64,000 bases of DNA, taken from Zygnema circumcarinatum SAG 698-1b (lineage: Eukaryota > Plantae > Zygnematophyceae). The stretch lies in assembly GCA_037447605.1 (NCBI GenBank), contig CM074815.1:372001-436000 (forward strand). The letters run 5' to 3'. Below, piece after piece: positions 38,500 to 52,300 of the stretch (within the stretch, counting starts at the first letter, position 1; every line of letters starts with the position of its first letter). Under the pieces are notes generated by a model. It saw only the letters and a program-made list of their open reading frames with translations, ran no database searches and had not been told where the DNA came from. A program made the translations under genes and the position numbers.

Positions 38500-38887
38500 G
38501 GGGGAGTCAGACATTGACCATGGTCAGGCGAATTAACCATTGGCTACGTACGCACTTCGGTACGGCAGTGTACGGCGGAGCCGCAAATCCCGACCCAGAA
38601 TTCGTCCCCGAAGCTTTGACTTCTAGTATACTGTAATGTACTAAATTCGGGAATTTCGTACGGCCATGGTCAATGTAATTCCCCCCTATTAGGGGGAGTC
38701 AGACCTTGACCATCGCCAAATCAATTTCGTAAGCCTGTCCAGCGAATTAAGAATTGGCTAGGTACTTATTTCGGTAGGGCTGTGAACGGCGGAGCCGCGG
38801 ATCCCGATCCGGAATTCGTACACGAAAGAAGTGACTTTTAGTATCAGGAATTCGGGAATTTCGTAAGCGATGGTCAAGGTCTGACCC
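38500..38887. mobile_element. Two adjacent MITEs of the 'GGGGGAGTCAGAC' family (38500-38686 and 38692-~38887)
   Basis: TIRs gggggagtcagacattgaccatgg/ccatggtcaatgtaattcccccc and gggggagtcagaccttgaccatcgc/gcgatggtcaaggtctgaccc; shared core ggagccgc..atcccga..gaattcgt..aattcgggaatttcgta. Confidence 0.8.
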
Positions 38888-39337
38888 TTGTCCATCGCCA
38901 AACCAATTCCGAGAGCCCGTCGGGCCAATTCCGCGTTGTACGGAAGGCCTTTTCCGCCAAAAGTGGACGTTCGACAGGCTCGGGCGCCGAGCCTGTACCT
39001 CATTTTTGTAACCCACTTGTTTAAAGGTTTTCAGGTTTTTAGTTAAAATTCAAAAGTTCAAAGTTTTTTGAGTTGCAGAGGTTTTAGGGTTCAGCAACTG
39101 AAACTAAAAAACTTCAGACGAGGAGGCACACATGCAACCCAGCTCGATTCCGTTCAAAAAAAGAAAAAACCACCATCGTTTAACCTCATCATAATTATCA
39201 GCAATGCTCCCCCCCCTCCCTTTTTCTTCTTTGTCGCAAAATCGAAACTTTACATGATGCACGAGCAGTCAGTGTATTTAAACAGCGAGACGAACAAAAT
39301 TAAAATTAACAAAAAGGAGTATAGGGTTCAAGGACTA

Positions 39338-42300
39338 TTATAGAGTGAGCCCCTCCTTTGGATCCGAAGTCAAATCGTTAAAAGTTTCAACTTTATGCGG
39401 AGCCAACCACGCCACGATGTCCTCCACAATGCCCTGCAAAAGCAAAAACAGAACAGGAAGGAAAAATAGGGTCTAAAAATTAGGGTTTAAGGGTTGAAGG
39501 GTTGAACGGTTGAAGGGTTGAAGGGTTGAAGGGTTGAAGGGTTGAAGGGTGGAACGGTTGAAGGGTTGAAGGGTTGAAGGGTTAAAGGGTTGAAGGGTTG
39601 AAGGGTTGAAGGGTTGAAGGGTTGAAGGGTTGAAGGGTTGAAGGGTTGAAGGGTTGAAGGGTTGAAGGGTTGAAGGGTTGAAGGGTTGAAGGGTTGAAGG
39701 GTTGAAGGGTTGAAGGGTTGAAGAGTTGAAAGGTTGAAGGGATTAAAGGTTTTAGGGTTTAAGAGTATTAGGGTTTAAGGGTTGGAGCTAAAGGGGAGGG
39801 AGATGAGGTTTGGATTCGGGGTTCAGAGTAACGCGGATCATGATTTTGAGGATTTTAAGGTTCAGAGCTTGGAATAGATGCAGGGTTTAGGGTTCAGAGG
39901 CTCTTATTCAGGGTTCAGAGTTCAGGAACACAGTTCCGAGCTTTAAGCCCAGGGTTCAAGGGTTCAAAATTTCAGAGTTCCGAGATTCCGGATCAGGGTT
40001 CAGAGTTCCAGGATCCAAATTTCAGAGATTTAGGATTAGGATTAGGATTAGGGTTCAGAGTTCAGGATCCACAGTTCAGAGGTTCCAGTTCAGGGTTCAA
40101 CGGTTCAGATTCCACAGCTCCGAGATTTAGGATTAGGGTTCAGGGTTCAGCCCCCCCAAGGTTCCCCCCCCCCNNNNNNNNNNCCTCCCCTCCCTCCCCT
40201 CCTTCCCTCCAGCCCTCCCTCCCTTCCCTTCGTCCCCTCCCTCCCTCTCCCTCCCTCCCTCTCTCTCCCTCCGCGCGAGAACTGAGAAAACTGAGGGAGG
40301 CAGAGTGAGAGTGCTCGTGCTCACTGCGCGGGCCGCGTGTCGTCGTCGAGGTTTGGCCACTTCGCCCTATTTTCGGGCAAAACCCTAAACCCTCGCTCGA
40401 TGTGGAGAGATACAAAACTCTCCGGGAGAGTAGAACGGATCTTCTCCGCCAAATGCGTCAGCGGGGGGGCATACTTGAAACTGTCCCAATGCCTCGAAAT
40501 TTTCTGAACCAAAGAAAAGAAAAAGAAAGAAAGGCAGGGATTAGAAACACCTTTCACGCCTCCACTACTTTCAGGGTTTTAGTGTTCAGGGTTTAGGGTT
40601 TAGGGTTTAGACTTAGGGTGTTCGCGAGCTCACATTGGTGTTTTCGCAAACTTGGGAAGCACGCTGTTCTTTTGTCGAATAGACCTTTCGGATGATGGCA
40701 GCATTGCTTTTTTTGAGGTCAGAAAGAGAGAGCTCTCCCTCTATGGGAGAGTCCAAAACTGTGAGAGGGCTCTCGGGGTGGGACTGATTCCACTCCGACC
40801 AACCGGAGGTGAAATTTTCCATCAAAATAAAGGGAAATTCCCTGCAAAAATCGGCCAACATAAGTAATAAGTAGACAAGCATAAACAAAAATAATTAATA
40901 ATTAATTAATTAATTTACGCTAAGGACTCAACAAGGCACCAAGGAAACAAGTAAGCATGTGAAGGTAGAGAAGAGAAAGATTTAAAATTAAGAAAATTTG
41001 GAAGAATTTTCTCACTATAAAATTGATTTAAACTCAAAAGTGGTCCTACCGCCCCTCCATTAGAAGACCCAGAAAAGGACAAATTTACATGCTGGTTTTC
41101 TAGGGTTCGTAGGCTTTCAGACTTAATATTTGGGATTTCGAAATTTTGAGTTTCTGGATTTTTCGCTCCTACAAAATAAGCCTTCGATTTTTTTGGGGTT
41201 TTGGGTCGTTCCGTATTTTAAGTTTTCAGTTTCCTTTCAACACTGAGAATTCTGAAATTCTAAGTTCCTTTTTCCCGTATTTTTGGGTTTTTGAGATTCA
41301 GATTCTTGAGTGATTCCGTGAAGGATAGAGCAGAGATCAGTACTTGCGAAGAAGCCAAAAGTCAAAATATTGCTCGAATTTGTTGATCCGACTCTCCCCT
41401 TCGTTGTATTCCGGAGGCACAAAAATTTCCGCATCCAAAACCAGTATTCTCTGAAGAGCAATGGCCTCCCCCGCCATGCAAGTCAAGCTCCGCCTCCTCT
41501 CGATAAAGTTAACTTCAAAGTCAGCCTTGTTCCTTGGATAGAAGAGGTACCGATCTTCCGAACTGAGGGAGTACTCTCCGTTCCAAGTTCTCCACCACAT
41601 TGTGGCGGGTGGTGGCTCTATCAGTAAGATTCCACCCGGAGGACTGGCTACAGGCACATCCGTGGGTTTCTCAGCACTCTCTTTCTTCTCTTCCGACTCC
41701 TCCCCCACTTTCTCTCCCTCCTTCTCTCCCACCTCCTCCCCCACCTTCTCTCCCTCCTTCTCCCCCACCTCCTCCCCCACCTTCTCTCCCTCCCCTTTCT
41801 CCTTTACTACTTTCACTCCCTCTATCTCCTCTGTTACCAATTTCTGCCCATATTCAGGGGGGGCACCCACGGCCATGGCTTCCGCTCCCTTCTGCTCTCC
41901 CTTTGCTCCTCCCTCGCCTTCCATTCCTTCCTTTCCTCTCTCCTCTCGACTTCCCACTTTCTCTCCCTCCTCTCGTTTCCCTCCGCTGTCCCTTTCCAAT
42001 TTTCCCCCCTTCTCTTTTCTACCCGCCTCTCCTCCCTTCGCCTCCGCCCCCTTCTTGTCGCCCCACTTCTTCGCTCCTGCTTTCCATTTTCCTGATCCTT
42101 CTCCTCCCTTTCCCTGCCCCCCTCCCTTACCTCCACCCCCTTTCCCTCCCTTCCCCTTCCCCTCCTCTTCCCTTCCTCCTCCCCCTCCCCCTCCCTCCAC
42201 CCCTTCCCCCCTCCCCCCCTTACTCCCTCCCTTACTCCCTCCCCCTCCCCCTCCGTCCACCCCTCCCTCCCTCCCTCCCTTACTCCCCNNNNNNNNNNCC

Positions 42301-42549
42301 TCCCCCTCCCCCTCCCTCTCTTTCTCCCTCCCTCTCCGAACTCTTCTGCAAGAAGCCCACCACCCCCACCCTCCCCACACTCTCCACGAGTGCGGGCCGC
42401 AGAAAGATCGGCTCCTCCGCCAATAGGAGGTGCGCGAACACGAGCACCGACAGGGCCACAAAGACCGCCACTTGGCGCCGCCACAGGACGCGAGAGGCTC
42501 TGTGGGGGGGCTGAGGGGGGGGGGAGGGAGAGGGCTGCGAGGAGCCCAT
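39338..42549 (-). CDS. SUB1/SUL-like type II membrane protein (O-fucosyltransferase-like fold inferred); at least one exon probably lost in a gap
   Basis: N-terminal TM helix and G/E/K-rich stem, then RYLFY..SLTCMAGEAIALQRILVLD..FEQYFDF, VCE, SLHIERG..KWPNLDDDTRP, KVETFNDLTSDPKEG, paralleling Arabidopsis SUB1. Exons ~42549-41344, 40842-40634, 40503-40325, [gap 40174], 39433-39338. Confidence 0.8.
39490..39740. repeat. (TTGAAGGG)n 8-mer telomere-variant array in an intron
   Basis: About 30 near-perfect gggttgaa copies flanked by ttagggttt. Confidence 0.92.
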
Positions 42550-42876
42550 GGAGGCCGGCTCTCTCTCACGGAGCATCTCTACCTCTCTCTCTCTCTCTCG
42601 CTCTCTCTCCCTCTCACTCGCGCGGATCGCCCCCTCTCACGCGGATCTACTTCCTATTCTCATTTTTTCTCTCTCTCCTTGTCGCTTTCCCTCTCTCTCG
42701 AATCCCCATCTCCCTCTTTCCTTCGCATATGCACTTCTCTCTCCCTCTCTCTCCCTCTCTCTCCCTCCCGCTCTCTCCCCCTCCCACTCTCTCTCTCGCT
42801 CTCCCGCTCTCCTCTCTCCGATCCCGCGACGAGAACGGGAAGGTACGGCCGTTGTACGGAACCTTCAATTCTGATG

Positions 42877-44848
42877 GGAAAATTCTATTCTCACACCTTT
42901 TTTGTCTACACACAGACCTCTTTTCGCCGGGCAGATTTTAAAATAGACAAAAAAGGAACACACCTTTCACACCTTTTTTTCTCTCACCTTTTTTTTCACA
43001 TCTTTTTGGAATCGATACACGCTACTACTGAGCGGCCGAGCGCCGTGAGCACCATTTCTGTCGGGCAGATTTTACTCCTTATCATTTATTTTCAGAGAGA
43101 AAAATATCTGCCTGCCCGAATCCGCGCGGAGGGAAAGATCCGTCCGCCACGAGATCGTTCGCGGATGGCCGTCATTTACACGTGCAATAATTTCCGCCGT
43201 CGATATTCACTCAGATCGCACCTTGGCAGATCACCGTTCGATCAGCAGCCAGGCTCTGTCCCACGTGTCCCACCCAAGCCGGCTCAAAGGACCGTACAAA
43301 AGGCGTACGTCCGCAGCTTCGAGGAAAGTCAAAAAACGTAATAAAAAGTTCAGTGCCTGTACCAATCACAGTTTGCCACGTCCAAAAATAACACGCGGCA
43401 GATGGTGATTGGTACAAGCTCTCAATGTAAGGAATTTAGACTTTCCTCGAAGCTGCGACCGTACGAATAGTGTACGGACCTCAAGCCGGCTTGGGTGGGA
43501 CACGTGGGCGTGTGCCATTCGCTGGGACCGAGCCCGGCTGCCGATCGAACGGCGATCTGCCGTGGTGTGATCTGCGCTAGAATCGACGGTGTATGGTTTC
43601 TGCACGTGTGAAGGACGGCCACCCGCGAACGATCTCGTGGCGGACGGAACTTCTGCTCCGAGAGGATTCGGGCAGGCCGATATTTTTTTCTCTGAAAAAA
43701 ACAAGAAGGGGTAAAATCTGCCCGATGGAGAAAGGTGTGTCGATTTCAAAAAGGTGTGAAAAAAAAGGTGAAAAAAAAAAGGTGAAAAAAAAAAGGGTAG
43801 TGATATTTCCACCCCTTTTTTGGATCCAAACACCCCTTCCCGGCCGGGCAGATTTCAAAAGGGATTAAAAACGGAAAATGCTTTTTTCACACCTTTTTGG
43901 AATCGATACCCACCTTCTTCCGTCGGCTGATTTTATTTTTGCTAACCAAGGCAAATGATACTCCGTCACCGCATTTTGAATACTGTATCCCGCCTCCCTG
44001 AATTTTTTTTTGAGGAAAAGAAATATCTGCCTGCCCGAATCCGCTCGGAGCGGAAGATCCGTCCGCCAAGAGATCGTTCGCGGGTGTCCGTCCTTCACAC
44101 GTGTATGTCAATCGCAGCTGTCGATTCCCTCGCAGATCGCACCACTGCAGATCACCGTTCGGTTTGCAGCCGGGCTCGATCTCAGCGAATGGAAAGCGCC
44201 CACGAGTCCCGTCAAAGCCAGATCGCTCGTGCGAGTGCGCGCGTCCCTCGGCCCGAGATCTCGTTCATTGTCAGCTATCAGCCAATCAACATTTGCCACG
44301 TGTTACATTTTTGACGTGGAAATTTTTGATTGGTCTCAATGTACGAAATTTTGGGTTTCTCAAGTTGCGACCGTACGAAATTTGTACGCAAATATTTTTG
44401 AGAGGACTTTGGCGGGATACGTGGGCACGTGCCATTCACTGTGACCGAGCCCGGCTGCAGATCAAATAGTGATCTGCCGTGTTGCGATCTGCGAGGGAAT
44501 CGACGGCTGCGATTGACCGCAGGCGTGAAAAAAAATCAGGTAGGTGGGATATTCAAAATGGGGTGACGGGTTATCATTTTCCTTGTTTCGCAAAAATAAA
44601 ATCTGCCGATGGAGGGTGGGTATCGATTCCAAAAAGGTGTGAAAAAGCATTTTCCGTTTTTAATCCTTTTTGAAATCTGCCCGGCCGGGAAGGGGTGTTT
44701 GGATCCAAAAAAGGGGTGGAAATATCACTACCCAAAAAAAAAGGTGAGAAGGTGTGAAAGGTGTGTTCTTTTTTTGCGCTATTCTAAAATCTGCCCGGCG
44801 AAAAGAGGCCTGTGTGTAGACAAAAAAGGTGTGAGAATAGAATTTTCC
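42877..44848. mobile_element. Non-autonomous foldback (MULE-like) DNA transposon with 8 bp TSD TTCTGATG
   Basis: ttctgatg|GGAAAATTCTATTCTCACACC ... GGTGTGAGAATAGAATTTTCC|ttctgatg; long inverted arms; no convincing ORF. Confidence 0.85.
43795..44733. mobile_element. Related foldback element nested in the right arm of the element above, flanked by A runs (probable A9 TSD)
   Basis: aaaaaaaaa|GGGTAGTGATATTTCCACCCC ... GGGGTGGAAATATCACTACCC|aaaaaaaaa; TIRs ~190 bp. Confidence 0.8.
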
Positions 44849-46382
44849 TTCTGATGACGTCACGCATCAGGACAAATGCGATGGTCCCAAAACGACCACA
44901 TGGAACGGATCTGTTCCGTGACGGACTGTACATTTTTTACGCTGTTGCGTGCAGAGCCACGACAAATTGGACAGAGAGAGTCGTAGTTTTGTTACAGTAA
45001 AGCGTTGAATCCCGCTGTAACTGGGAGCATGGAAGGGGCGCCCGGCCACCGAGGACTTTAGGCAAAATGGAAAAAAAAAAAAGTCTTCAGCCGCAAGAGC
45101 CTTTCAACTATAACTTTGGCCTTTTTCTTCAAAAAAATTTTTTTTTGGGGACAGGTTCAACGTGGGCGGTGGGCCTCCTCGTGTTGAACCGGTTCATCAG
45201 TTTGTCGAAACGACAAAATTACGTTTTCCGTACGCCAGAAACGACGAAAGGTTTGTGGCGTTCGATATTGTGCCGGTCGTTCCGGCGAGCATCGGACGGC
45301 TCAGATCGATCCGATCGCGGGCAGACCTAAAGCATTTCGGCTAAGAAAAGACAAAAGAAGTGGCCAGTTTGGTAAAAAGTTCACTCTGCAAAACTGAACT
45401 GAACTTATATTTTTTATATACCAAAAAAAGCGAATGAAGGTGTCGGTAATTTACCGCAAACTCCGAGAAACTACTTTTCTAAAATCTACCTTAAAATTGA
45501 ACAGGTTGAGAAATTGAGAAACCAGTTTACTTGATTTTCAATTCTCAATAGGGTTGAACTGTGAACACTCGAGGTCGAAACTTTTGGGATCCGGTTCGCC
45601 ATTAAATTTTGGCCGTACGACTCTTCTGGCGAGTTGATCAACAATTTCTGTACGGACCTCCGGGTCCACGCTAAAATTTCATTGTTGATAAGTGGATCCA
45701 AGGAAAACTCAAATTGAACATGAACTGTGATTAACTGTTCAATGTTGTTCAATTGGTTCTCCATAAAACTTGTATTGAGACCAATATTTAGGAAATCAAT
45801 TCTCATTTCTCAACATGAATCGTGTTCACAAATATTACGTTTCTTCTTTTTGGAGAAACTGGTTTTGAAAGTTTTATTTTTGAGAAGCCAAAATCTTTAA
45901 TTTCCTTTTTTTTCTCAACGTGTTCAGTTTTACGGTAGTACTTTTTTCTCAATTGTTGACGTTCTCTCGCCGTAAAATAAAGCCAGAAAAAAAGATGAAA
46001 AACGACAAAACCTAGTGCGCGACCGTTAACGATTTTTTTCAATTTTGGCATTTAGCGCGAATCTGCCGTGGTGGACCATACGGTAAGTCTTAACTTCCCG
46101 GAATATTCCCAACTTTGATTTAATTTTTTTTTCCACGCCGAAATGGGTTCGGGCAGGAGCGAGTGTTGACCATAAAGCGGTTAGAAAAAAAAAATTGGCC
46201 AATCGAAGGCTAAAACGCTCTGCAGATGCGTCCAAGAAATTGCGGCGCGGTGGGACCCATCGAAGCAATCAGGCAAAATAGAAGATTCGAGGGTGTCAGA
46301 GGTCATAAGGATCCCGTCTTTTATAAAATAAGTACACATAAGGTCCTGTACGAAAAGGATCGTTTGTTCTCAGTTTCACCAT

Positions 46383-49300
46383 TGTAGCGTAACGGAGCTG
46401 CGTTCGGCGGATCCGCGTCCGTTCAGTTGTACTTGACGTATGCCTCTTCCGTGTCACGGATCAACGGAATCCAGGAGCTGCCAACGGAGATTGAGAGAAG
46501 GCGGCGCCATGCGTTGGCGGCCCACGGAACAGCACACCATCTAGCAAGGCGCACTCGGGAACACCGCCTGAGGCCGCCGATTATCATTCGTTGACCTATC
46601 CGAAGGCTCCACNNNNNNNNNNTACCCTCATGATCCGGCGCATCCCATTGAGCCGGCGGTGAATCCTCACATACCAGATGTTTCTCGTCCAGGATATCGG
46701 GCTCCTTATTCCGATCGCACACCCGAAGAGAGAGAAGCTGCCAGGGCCGATCTGCGCCGTCGGATGACAGAGGCAGGGGTTCCAGAGGGCGTCTGTCTTG
46801 CCTGCGGCCTGAATCATAATCCGCGGCTGCGTTGCGGACCATGGACCTGCACCTTCTGCCAAATCACGGGACATGATGCCCGTGTGTGCATGCGGAGACT
46901 CTCAAGTGAGAAGGCCCGAAAAGGGAAAGAGGCAGCTGCAGGGAGCTCACCTGCAGAGATCACCTTCATGGACATGCTCCCGGCTACTCCCACACCACCG
47001 AGAACTCCGGCTCCCTTTCGCCCGCCTCCACCTCCTTCACCCGCTTACACCATCCTGCAACGACCACCTATCCATCTGCACCCCATGGACTCCCCCTCCC
47101 TGTCAAACGTATTGGGTGCTGAGCCCGATCCTGCTGCCCGATCACGCACTGCCCAGGTTGCCGCGGCATTTCAACCGGCTTTGTCAGAATCCCCCATCAC
47201 TTCTGAAGCTGATGCTCAGGCCCGGATCGCCGAGATTGCAACTGCCTTGCGCAGGCTCCCTGTCAACCGAAGCGATCCTCATTCTCATCCCCTGCCATTC
47301 CTCCCTGCCAATGTTAACGGCGCCAGTTCCTCGGGCACGGCTCCACCGGTCGCCACCCCTGTCCGAAGAACTTCAGTCATCCCTCCCTCCACGGGTCATC
47401 CCTTGGGATCCCTGCCTGAGGAGGAAATTGAAGATCTCAATGAAGAGGAGCCGACAGCGGCGCAGCCAGAGCCGACGCCACCGGCGACCGAAGAGATGCA
47501 CGTCAACCCTCCACATCGCCCTCGGGCAGCCCGTTTCTACCCCCAAGCAGCCGATCGTCGACCACCCCGTGAGGCGGCTATCACGATTGAGCGCATGGTT
47601 CATCAACTCATGAGGGAACAAGGCTAAGATCGGCGTACCTTGTCACGGTTGATGCAGCTTACAGCGCGGGTGCTGCGGCGTGGTTATGCCGACAGTCTGA
47701 GAGAGAGGAGGCCACCTCACGGCCTCCCGGTTCTATGGCATCTCCTCGGACGTCCCCTGCGCCAGCCGATATCCACCACACATGGCGTGGCGCCTCCCTC
47801 GGACCCGATTTACGGCTCTCCCGCCATCCTCCTCACCATGGGATTCAGATGCCACTCTAGTCCCCACACTGCTTGTCGCGTGTTGTCCAATGTAGCCTTG
47901 GCTCCGGGTATCCAGCAAAGCCACTTGATAGAGCACAGGAGCCATGCGCACAGTTCTGTCCAAGCCTGTGATGAAGGCTGCAGGGGTTAAGTTGGACAAG
48001 ACACTTGAGCCCATTCCCCGATATGTGGGGGTTGAAGGGAGCTTACATGAAGGATTGGGCAGCGCCCAAGTGGTCATCAGTCTTGGCGAGATGGGAGCCA
48101 CAGTGAATGCAGTCATCACGGCCGCTGAACACTATTCTATCCTGCTGGGCTCAGATTGGCTCATCGCGATGGGAGCACAAATCGACTTTGCTTCGCCTCG
48201 AAATTTGCACTTGTCTGGCGGCGGGGCCGGACTGCTCCTTACATCATCCCACCGAGTCCCGCACCTCGCCTTCCCCAAAGCGCCCGCCGCGGCGCGGGTC
48301 TCCACCGAGGAGATCACCATGTACCATTCGGTCGGCAGCCCCCATTCTTCTTATGGATCGGCCAATTCTGATACCGATGACGAGACTCCCCCTCCTGCTC
48401 CTCCGAGTCCAGCTCTCGGTGCGCCGACGGAAGAACTGTTGCCGCCAGTGATACCTGCACCCAGCTTTCCCCCACATGAGACCATCGGTGATGAGGAGTG
48501 GTTGGAAATAGAGGGGCAGATGCGATTAGGGCCTGCAGTCCTCTCAGACCCGATCAAGCATTCTCAACTACGCCAAGTGCTGCGCCGAAATCACCTAGTT
48601 TTCGCACGACATTCACTCGACATCGGCAAGACTCACTTGATTGAGCACCACATCGATACGGGGGATGCGCCTCCCGTGATGACCCTGACTCCCTACCGCT
48701 TTTCCGCCGCGCAGCAGGCCGATGTCGAACGACAGATCGACGAGAACGTGGCTGCCGGATTGATGGAACCTGGAGAAGGGCCGTGGGCCAGCCCGGCCGT
48801 TCTGCCCCCAAAGCCGGATGGCACACTCCGCTTCTGTGGGGACTACCGAAAACTGAATGCAATAACGAAGTGGGATCCCTACACATTACCGGATGTGGAC
48901 CTGATTCCTCCCTGATCTCCCGATGGCCGGTGGTTCGGCATGACATGCAATCACTTACATGGGGTGTCCCCTACTTGGCCGAGCCTTGTCGCTGCAAAGA
49001 CAGGGCTGCCACCGTAGCGCTTTGTCGCGATGGGCAGTGCTTCACGTGAGCCTGAAATTCCAGTGGGGCTCACCAGCGCGGCAACGGGTGTTCGGCCTAT
49101 GGTACCTTCTACGGAAGCCTGCGTGGATGATGCCGATCCCACAGCAGGACTGGTCCTCCCACCTGCAGCTGCACCGTGACCAAGTCTGCAACGCTTATCA
49201 GTCTTGGCGTCGAGATTGCACCCAAAATTACAAATGGGGCCACGGGGAATCCCCTCATCTGGGCACTTTCGGCATCAATGGCCTGAAACCATCACTCGAC

Positions 49301-52300
49301 AAGATTGAAGCGATTGACCTTATGCCGATTCCACAGAACCTCACTCAGCTCAAGTCTTTCTTGGGACTCACCTCATTCTATCGCCGGTTCATCAAGGGCT
49401 ATGCCGCTTATCGCCGCGTCCCTACATGCCTTGGAAGCCGCGAGGTCCAATGCGAATGGAGCGGCGCGGGATTTGGCTTCCGCGGCTCAGGTGCCCTCGC
49501 CAGGCTCCTTGCACATCAGCTGACCCCACCCTTTACACCATTATTGGCGCCCGGCCCGGAGTCAGGCGGGCTTTGGGGGCGTGGCGACCAAAGCGCATTC
49601 TCGAGATGATAGAACACCGGTGATTTTGCAAGCGAGGGTCTGTTGAGAAACGAGACCAAGTATAGCCCTACTGAGGGAGAGGCCGCGGCTATCCTCTGGG
49701 CACTCGAGAAGTTCAAGCTCTTCACGGCCTACCAGCCCGTTATCATCCGGACTGACCACATGCCCCTCACTTGGCTGCACATCATGGCTACCCTAAACTC
49801 AAGTTTGCTGCGATGGTGATGAAGTTGAATGCTTATACTGTGCTACGGTCCTGCGTCCGGCGTAATCCGCGGCAATGCTGGCGCTTTCAGAATTACGCGA
49901 AATCAACCGGCTCCCTCCTCTATCCCGCGATCCGGCGTTCACGAACCCATCCCTCCACCCACCCTCTTGAACCCTGAGCATCTTCCCCTTGAGATTTTTA
50001 TTTGCCCCTCAAGCACTTCATGATGTCCTATTAAGGTGGGCGCAGATATTCGAGCCGCCCACCCTCCATCGCTGGGAGGACCCTGACTTCACCCACGGAC
50101 ACCCCCATGCGGATCCGTGGGAACTCCTCATAGATGACGATGGCTACGCTCCCTTACTTCCTCCCCATCTCCCCAGCGCCAATGACGTCCATTCAGACTC
50201 CTCCCTTCTGCTTCACGTCATGACCGCGTACCCCCCCTTTGTCCACGCAATGGATACCGAGAGGGCTGGGCTGCTCCGCCCGGAACTAACTGTCGATGAT
50301 AGCGGACAATTCTCTACATTCCCTTCAGGGCCTTCCAGGTCCCACATTTCCCTAGCGGCGTCTACCCAAATCCTGGGCGTCGCCCACGATGCCCAACCTG
50401 CGGGCTTCCACCTCGGCAAGAAGATGGTGGCTACCTGCTGCGAGAGCGCTACTGGCCCGGCCTCCAGCATGGCCCGTGAACACATACATCAGCAGAGCAC
50501 GCACCCAGCTACCCAGCGGCAAGCGCTCACCCCGACGCCAACCCCACGGAGATGGGTGAGATCCCGATACGAGGCGTTGCAGAAGATTGGAACATTGACA
50601 CCTTTTCTATCCCCCAGCTCGGCACCCCCTCTGGCTACATTCGGTCTTCCTAGCCGTGGACAGATACACCAAGTGGGTAGAAGTTCATACGACAGAATCT
50701 AAGCATTCCATCCACTCTGCTCGCCTCCTGACGGCCATCATTCACCGCCACTCTCTACCCTACTCTGTCCACTCTGACAACGGCACCGAATACAAGGGGG
50801 CATTTGCCAAGCTCATGCAGGACTTCCGCATCATTCACCACACCTCCGGCCCTACCACGAGAATGGGCTTGCAGAAGCGTACCATTCAGGCGGTCGGATG
50901 CGTGCGTCATTTCTGCCTTGAACTGGAAGCTGAGGCCAGCGGCGAGGTATCCCTCCGCGTGCTTCACGTATAACACCTCCGTCCACTCCTCCCGCAGACT
51001 TCTCTCCCTCTGTGAGCTCCTCTATAGCCGTAGCCCGCGTCCCCTTGACCTCCTCTGCTGAGCCCTCTTCTCTGATGTGCGCCTCCCGGTCGAGATTAAG
51101 CCCAGCTTCAGCTCACAGCCCTCTAAGCTTCCAAACCTCAGATTCCATGGCCTCCCCACCACCCCTCGAGCAGTAGCACAGGCGACAACTCACCCGACTT
51201 TGGGGCCCGACCGTGATCTCCATGTCAGGTAGCGCCATCAGCTCCCATTTGGCTCCGGGGAATACCATGAGCCGGAAGCTCACATGAGGCTTTTCCGTGG
51301 GGTTTGGGCCCCTTCATTTGTGTCGGTCCATTCGGAGATCCCAGGTTGGGCCATCATTTCGGAGGCTCCTGACTCTAGTGGGCACGCCCGGCGCTGGCGT
51401 TCACACTGGATCGACATTCGTGCCGCCACGTCAGCGGTTCCTCCCCCCCGCGATGGCTGAGCGTTTGCGACCGACAGCGCGGTCTCCTCGTACCCCCTCT
51501 GCCATGACGACTCCTCATTGGTCCATTTCTAATTCCCGCCACTTTTTGCCGCTTCGCCAACATTGCGCCTGTCGGCCGTAACTTTCGATTTCGAATTTGT
51601 CTTACTCCCTCCTCCACCTCCGATCCGGCCGAAGGCCCTCCCCATTTCGAATATGCAGGAAGCTTCTCCAAAGCGACGCGACTCGCCTCGCGGCCCCGTC
51701 CACGTCATCGCAATTACTCCTGCACGCCTGCGCCGCTTCGCGTGCAGCGCGGCGTCGCTTCTTTATTTCCCCGGCGCATTGCGCTGCGGGTAGCGGCGTT
51801 GAAGCGGACAAAATCGTACGATTGCGGCATTGCTCGTGTCCGCGGATCGCGGAATCCAGGGCTGCCAGCGGAGGGTGAGAGAAAGCGGCGCCATGCGTTA
51901 GCGGCCGCGAACAACACACCATCTAGCAAAGCGCGCACCGAGAACACCGCCTGAGAGACGCCGATTACTATCGTCGTTGACCTATCCGAGCTCAAAGCGT
52001 GGAATTAAGGCCTCGGTGGGCGGTTGGCCAATGAAGGCCCATCACTGCTAAGACTCAAGATCTATTGTCAGTGTCAAGTAGATGGGATGTCAGTGATGCT
52101 TTTTTGTCTTTTAGTGCTGGGCTTAGTATTTGTATTTGCTGTGTGGTTTGTTGTCTTGTTCTTCTTTCTTCTTTTCCTTCCTCTTCAGTTACAGCAACAG
52201 ATGCTAAGTAAGAGAGAGAGAGAGAGAGAGTTCCATGCCATAGATAGAGAGAGAGAGAGAGAGAGAAAGAGTCTTCTTGCTGATAGCATTTAGACGTCCC

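Noticed and set aside
45060-46380. Possible gene or transposon in AT-rich DNA left of the LTR element
   Set aside because: No recognisable ORF, TIR or TSD by eye
47627-51000. Programmed frameshifting in the retroelement
   Set aside because: Too many scattered indels; decay or sequencing error is more likely
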